NCBI GenBank assembly: GCA_048614515.1
Contig: JBMCMH010000001.1
Span: 1 to 60,711, forward strand
Length of the DNA stretch: 60,711 bases
From: Alkalispirochaeta sp.
GTDB taxonomy: Bacteria > Spirochaetota > Spirochaetia > DSM-27196 > Alkalispirochaetaceae
Direction of reading: 5' to 3'
In this document: piece after piece, positions 58,187 to 60,711 of the stretch
How the letters are laid out: every line of letters begins with the position of its first letter
How positions within the stretch are numbered: the stretch's first letter is position 1
Notes under the pieces: generated by a model
Told to the model about the DNA's origin: nothing
Seen by the model: only the letters and a program-made list of their open reading frames with translations
Database searches by the model: none
Translations under genes and position numbers: made by a program

Positions 58187-59746
58187 TCAGCCGGCGCGGC
58201 GGCGCAGGCGAACGTTCTCGATGTCGGGACTAAACAGCTCCCGCAGATCGTTCAGGCCAAGATGCATGAGCGCCATACGATCGATTCCCAGTCCCCACGC
58301 GAGGACCGGCACATCGATGCCCATCGGTTTGGTTACCTCCGGCCGGAAGATGCCGGACCCGCCCAGCTCAAACCAGCCCAACTTGGGATGCTTAATGTGA
58401 ACCTCCACGGAGGGCTCGGTAAACGGAAAGTACCCCGGAACGTACCGCACCTCGGTGGCACCGGCCAGCTCCTCGGCAAACATCCGGAGCATGCCCAGCA
58501 GACTACGGAGGTTTACGTCGTCCCCCAGAACGATACCCTCGGTCTGATAGAAATCCGACAGATGGGTGGCATCAACCTGATCGTAGCGGAAACAGCGCAG
58601 CACGCCGAAGTACTTGCCGGGTATCTCGGCGGAGTGAAGCGTCTTGGCCGACATGACGGTGCCTTGGCTCCGTAGTATGAGTCGCCGCGTGAAGTCCCGG
58701 TCGAAGCCGTAGCCCCACCCGCGGCTGCCGGTCTCCCAACCATCTTCATGGGTCGCCGCGATTCTCGAGAGGTAGGGCTCCTCAATCTCTTTGGCGTGAC
58801 TGGGCGTCTTTACGTAGTAGACGTCGTGAATATCTCGGGCGGAGTGAAATTGCGGCATGAACAGCGCGTCGGAGTTCCAGAACTCCGTTTCCACGAGGGG
58901 GCCGTCAAACTGCTGAAAGCCCAGCGACACCAGCTTGTCCTTCACCGAATCAAGGTATTCCACGTAGGCGTTACGGCGCCCCGGCAGGAGACGGCTTGCC
59001 GGCGCGTTTACCGCATACTCCCGGAAGGTGGCGGTCTTCCAGGTGCCGTCCCGCAGCATCTCCGGGGTAAGCTGCCCGATCTCTTCGCCGGTAACACCGG
59101 CTGCTGCCAGCGATTTTTTCATTTCGCTACCGGCGTCGGTCAATTGATAACGAACGATCTCCCGCTCTACGATCCGAAACATCGCCGAGGCGGCGCCCCG
59201 CTTTTTGGCGTGCGGTTGGACCGCGGAACGTTCCTCAGCGGTGAGGTCGGCCTCCTCCAGGGGACCCTGCGCCGACCGTTCCAGGAGGGATCGCAGCACC
59301 GCGTCCGGGTTGGGCGCGGTAGAAAGATCCACCCCGGCTGCCGGGGAGACCCGCTTTTCTTCATCCATCGAGAGAATCTTCTGTTTGGAAAGCGTGCCAA
59401 ATGCCGAACCCACATCCTTCTTTTCCAGTCCGGTGACATCGGCGATTTCCGGCATCGTGAGGGCACCCCGTTCAGCCACGGAGGCGATAATGCGCTCCGC
59501 CGGTGTTCCGTGTGCCGCACTCTCCGCACCGAGGTTGGTGCGTTCGTATGCGACCGATTCCGTTCGCTCGGTCTCTTCAATGAGTCCCTTTGCCGCCAAC
59601 CAGCTAATCGCCTGATTGCATTGCCCAAGCACGAGCCCCAGATCAGACTGCATCGATTCGGCGGTAAACGTATCGCCACGATCATACTGAAGGAGCGTCT
59701 TCACCTCCAAAGGGTGAAGGCTTTTGAGTGGTGTTTCGGAGGCCAT
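58187..59746 (-). CDS. pheS: Phenylalanine--tRNA ligase alpha subunit (archaeal/eukaryal-type)
   Basis: Long N-terminal extension; FWNSDALFMPQFHSARD, FRYD, YFPFTEPS, GSGIFRPE, AWGLGIDR. Confidence 0.96.
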   Translation of the reverse strand: MASETPLKSLHPLEVKTLLQYDRGDTFTAESMQSDLGLVLGQCNQAISWLAAKGLIEETERTESVAYERTNLGAESAAHGTPAERIIASVAERGALTMPEIADVTGLEKKDVGSAFGTLSKQKILSMDEEKRVSPAAGVDLSTAPNPDAVLRSLLERSAQGPLEEADLTAEERSAVQPHAKKRGAASAMFRIVEREIVRYQLTDAGSEMKKSLAAAGVTGEEIGQLTPEMLRDGTWKTATFREYAVNAPASRLLPGRRNAYVEYLDSVKDKLVSLGFQQFDGPLVETEFWNSDALFMPQFHSARDIHDVYYVKTPSHAKEIEEPYLSRIAATHEDGWETGSRGWGYGFDRDFTRRLILRSQGTVMSAKTLHSAEIPGKYFGVLRCFRYDQVDATHLSDFYQTEGIVLGDDVNLRSLLGMLRMFAEELAGATEVRYVPGYFPFTEPSVEVHIKHPKLGWFELGGSGIFRPEVTKPMGIDVPVLAWGLGIDRMALMHLGLNDLRELFSPDIENVRLRRRAG

Positions 59747-59779
59747 GGCGGGAGTATAGAGGATAATCCCACCGCGTAT

Positions 59780-60711
59780 CTACGCGCTTGAGCGAGTCCG
59801 AAGACGTTCGCTCAAGTGGCGAGCCCGCTCGCTGATATGTCCCCCCACCTCGGGATCCGGGTGATAGCCGCTCAGCGTAGAGAGGTAGTCGAACGTCTCC
59901 GAAAGGCGCGCCGGCGGCCGCGACTCGGGGGAGCCTCCGGCAGCAGCGGACGCCTTCGCCCCGGTCGGCGCGGTCCGGGATCGCTCATTCGCCTTTTCCC
60001 GCAATGTGGCGTGCCCACTGAGTCGCGCATGAACCCCCATCAGCTTCAGGCGCTCTTCACTTTGCCGGAATTCCTGGTCCCGCGTTGGTGGGAGACTCCC
60101 GGCCAGTCCCATGAGATATTCAAAGAGTTTAGCGTGTTGCGAGAGTCCCGTCTGAGGCGGTTGATCGGACGGTTCCGGCTCCGGCCCCAATTGGTCTCTC
60201 ACACGATTGATCATGTCTTTGAGCTTCCGCCTCAGGGACGGGTCCGGCGGCGGAAGATCTTCTTCCTCAGGCTCGGTCGGCGGTTCCGGCTGCGGTTCCG
60301 GCTCTTCAGGCGGCTGTGGGGTGGCCGTGGGCTCCGGTTCCGGAGCGGACTCCGGCGCCGGTTCCGGCGATGGCGCGGGTTCGAGTTCGGGTTGTGGCTC
60401 GGGTTCGGGTTCCGGTTCGGGTTGTGGCTCCGCGTCGGCCGCGAGTGACTGGTCGGGTTCCTCACCTTCTTCTGCGGCGGCGGGGATGCCCTCGTCCTGG
60501 AGCTCGCCCGCTTCCTCAGCACCCTCGTCAGCGTTGGGCCCAGGGGTAGACTCCAGTTCCGGTTCGGGCTCCGGCTCCGGTTCGGGCTCCGGCTCCGGTT
60601 CGGGCTCCGGTTCGGGTTCGGGTTCGGGCTCCGGTTCGGGTTCGGGTTCGGGTTCGGGCTCCGGTTCGGGCTCAGGCTCTGCCGGGGGAGCCCCGGGCTC
60701 CGGCCGTGACG
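59780..60711 (-). CDS. Partial hypothetical protein (5' end outside window) with Glu-Pro-rich linker
   Basis: Frame of ORF 59780-60214 stays open to the window edge through PE/PQ-rich sequence. Confidence 0.75.
   Translation of the reverse strand, partial: SRPEPGAPPAEPEPEPEPEPEPEPEPEPEPEPEPEPEPEPEPEPEPEPEPELESTPGPNADEGAEEAGELQDEGIPAAAEEGEEPDQSLAADAEPQPEPEPEPEPQPELEPAPSPEPAPESAPEPEPTATPQPPEEPEPQPEPPTEPEEEDLPPPDPSLRRKLKDMINRVRDQLGPEPEPSDQPPQTGLSQHAKLFEYLMGLAGSLPPTRDQEFRQSEERLKLMGVHARLSGHATLREKANERSRTAPTGAKASAAAGGSPESRPPARLSETFDYLSTLSGYHPDPEVGGHISERARHLSERLRTRSSA
60557..60679 (-). repeat. 6-bp coding tandem repeat encoding E(PE)20
   Basis: 20 consecutive (C/G/A)GG(T/C)TC hexamers on the plus strand. 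Confidence 0.9.

Overview
GC-rich, gene-dense chromosomal segment, most likely from a free-living, salt- or alkali-tolerant spirochaete (Spirochaeta/Alkalispirochaeta-like). This is inferred from the archaeal-type PheRS, the stand-alone EF-G1-type fusA, CarD, the very acidic periplasmic binding proteins and a glycine-betaine ABC transporter. About 53 CDSs can be supported. Housekeeping genes include htpG, argA, leuS, an aroF-pheA fusion, carD, nth, fusA, thrH and pheS/pheT. There are three ABC transporter operons plus an orphan OppA, the AmmeMemoRadiSam trio, a PAS hybrid kinase with a CheB-CheR-PAS partner, and several envelope hypotheticals. No rRNA, tRNA, CRISPR array, transposase or integrase was recognised. 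The most interesting leads are: (1) a cNMP-binding domain fused to a nucleoside-phosphorylase-like domain, translationally coupled to an orphan ParA and near a divergent NDK-like gene; (2) a class III cyclase lacking the ATP-specifying Lys, heading an operon with two coiled-coil envelope proteins; (3) an unannotated ~110-nt candidate sRNA whose terminator loop shows a perfect anti-Shine-Dalgarno; (4) two long perfect spacer-less palindromes (56 and 44 bp), one with a REP-like GTAG foot; (5) apparent leaderless transcription of about ten genes. All family calls come from motif recognition by eye, not database searches.
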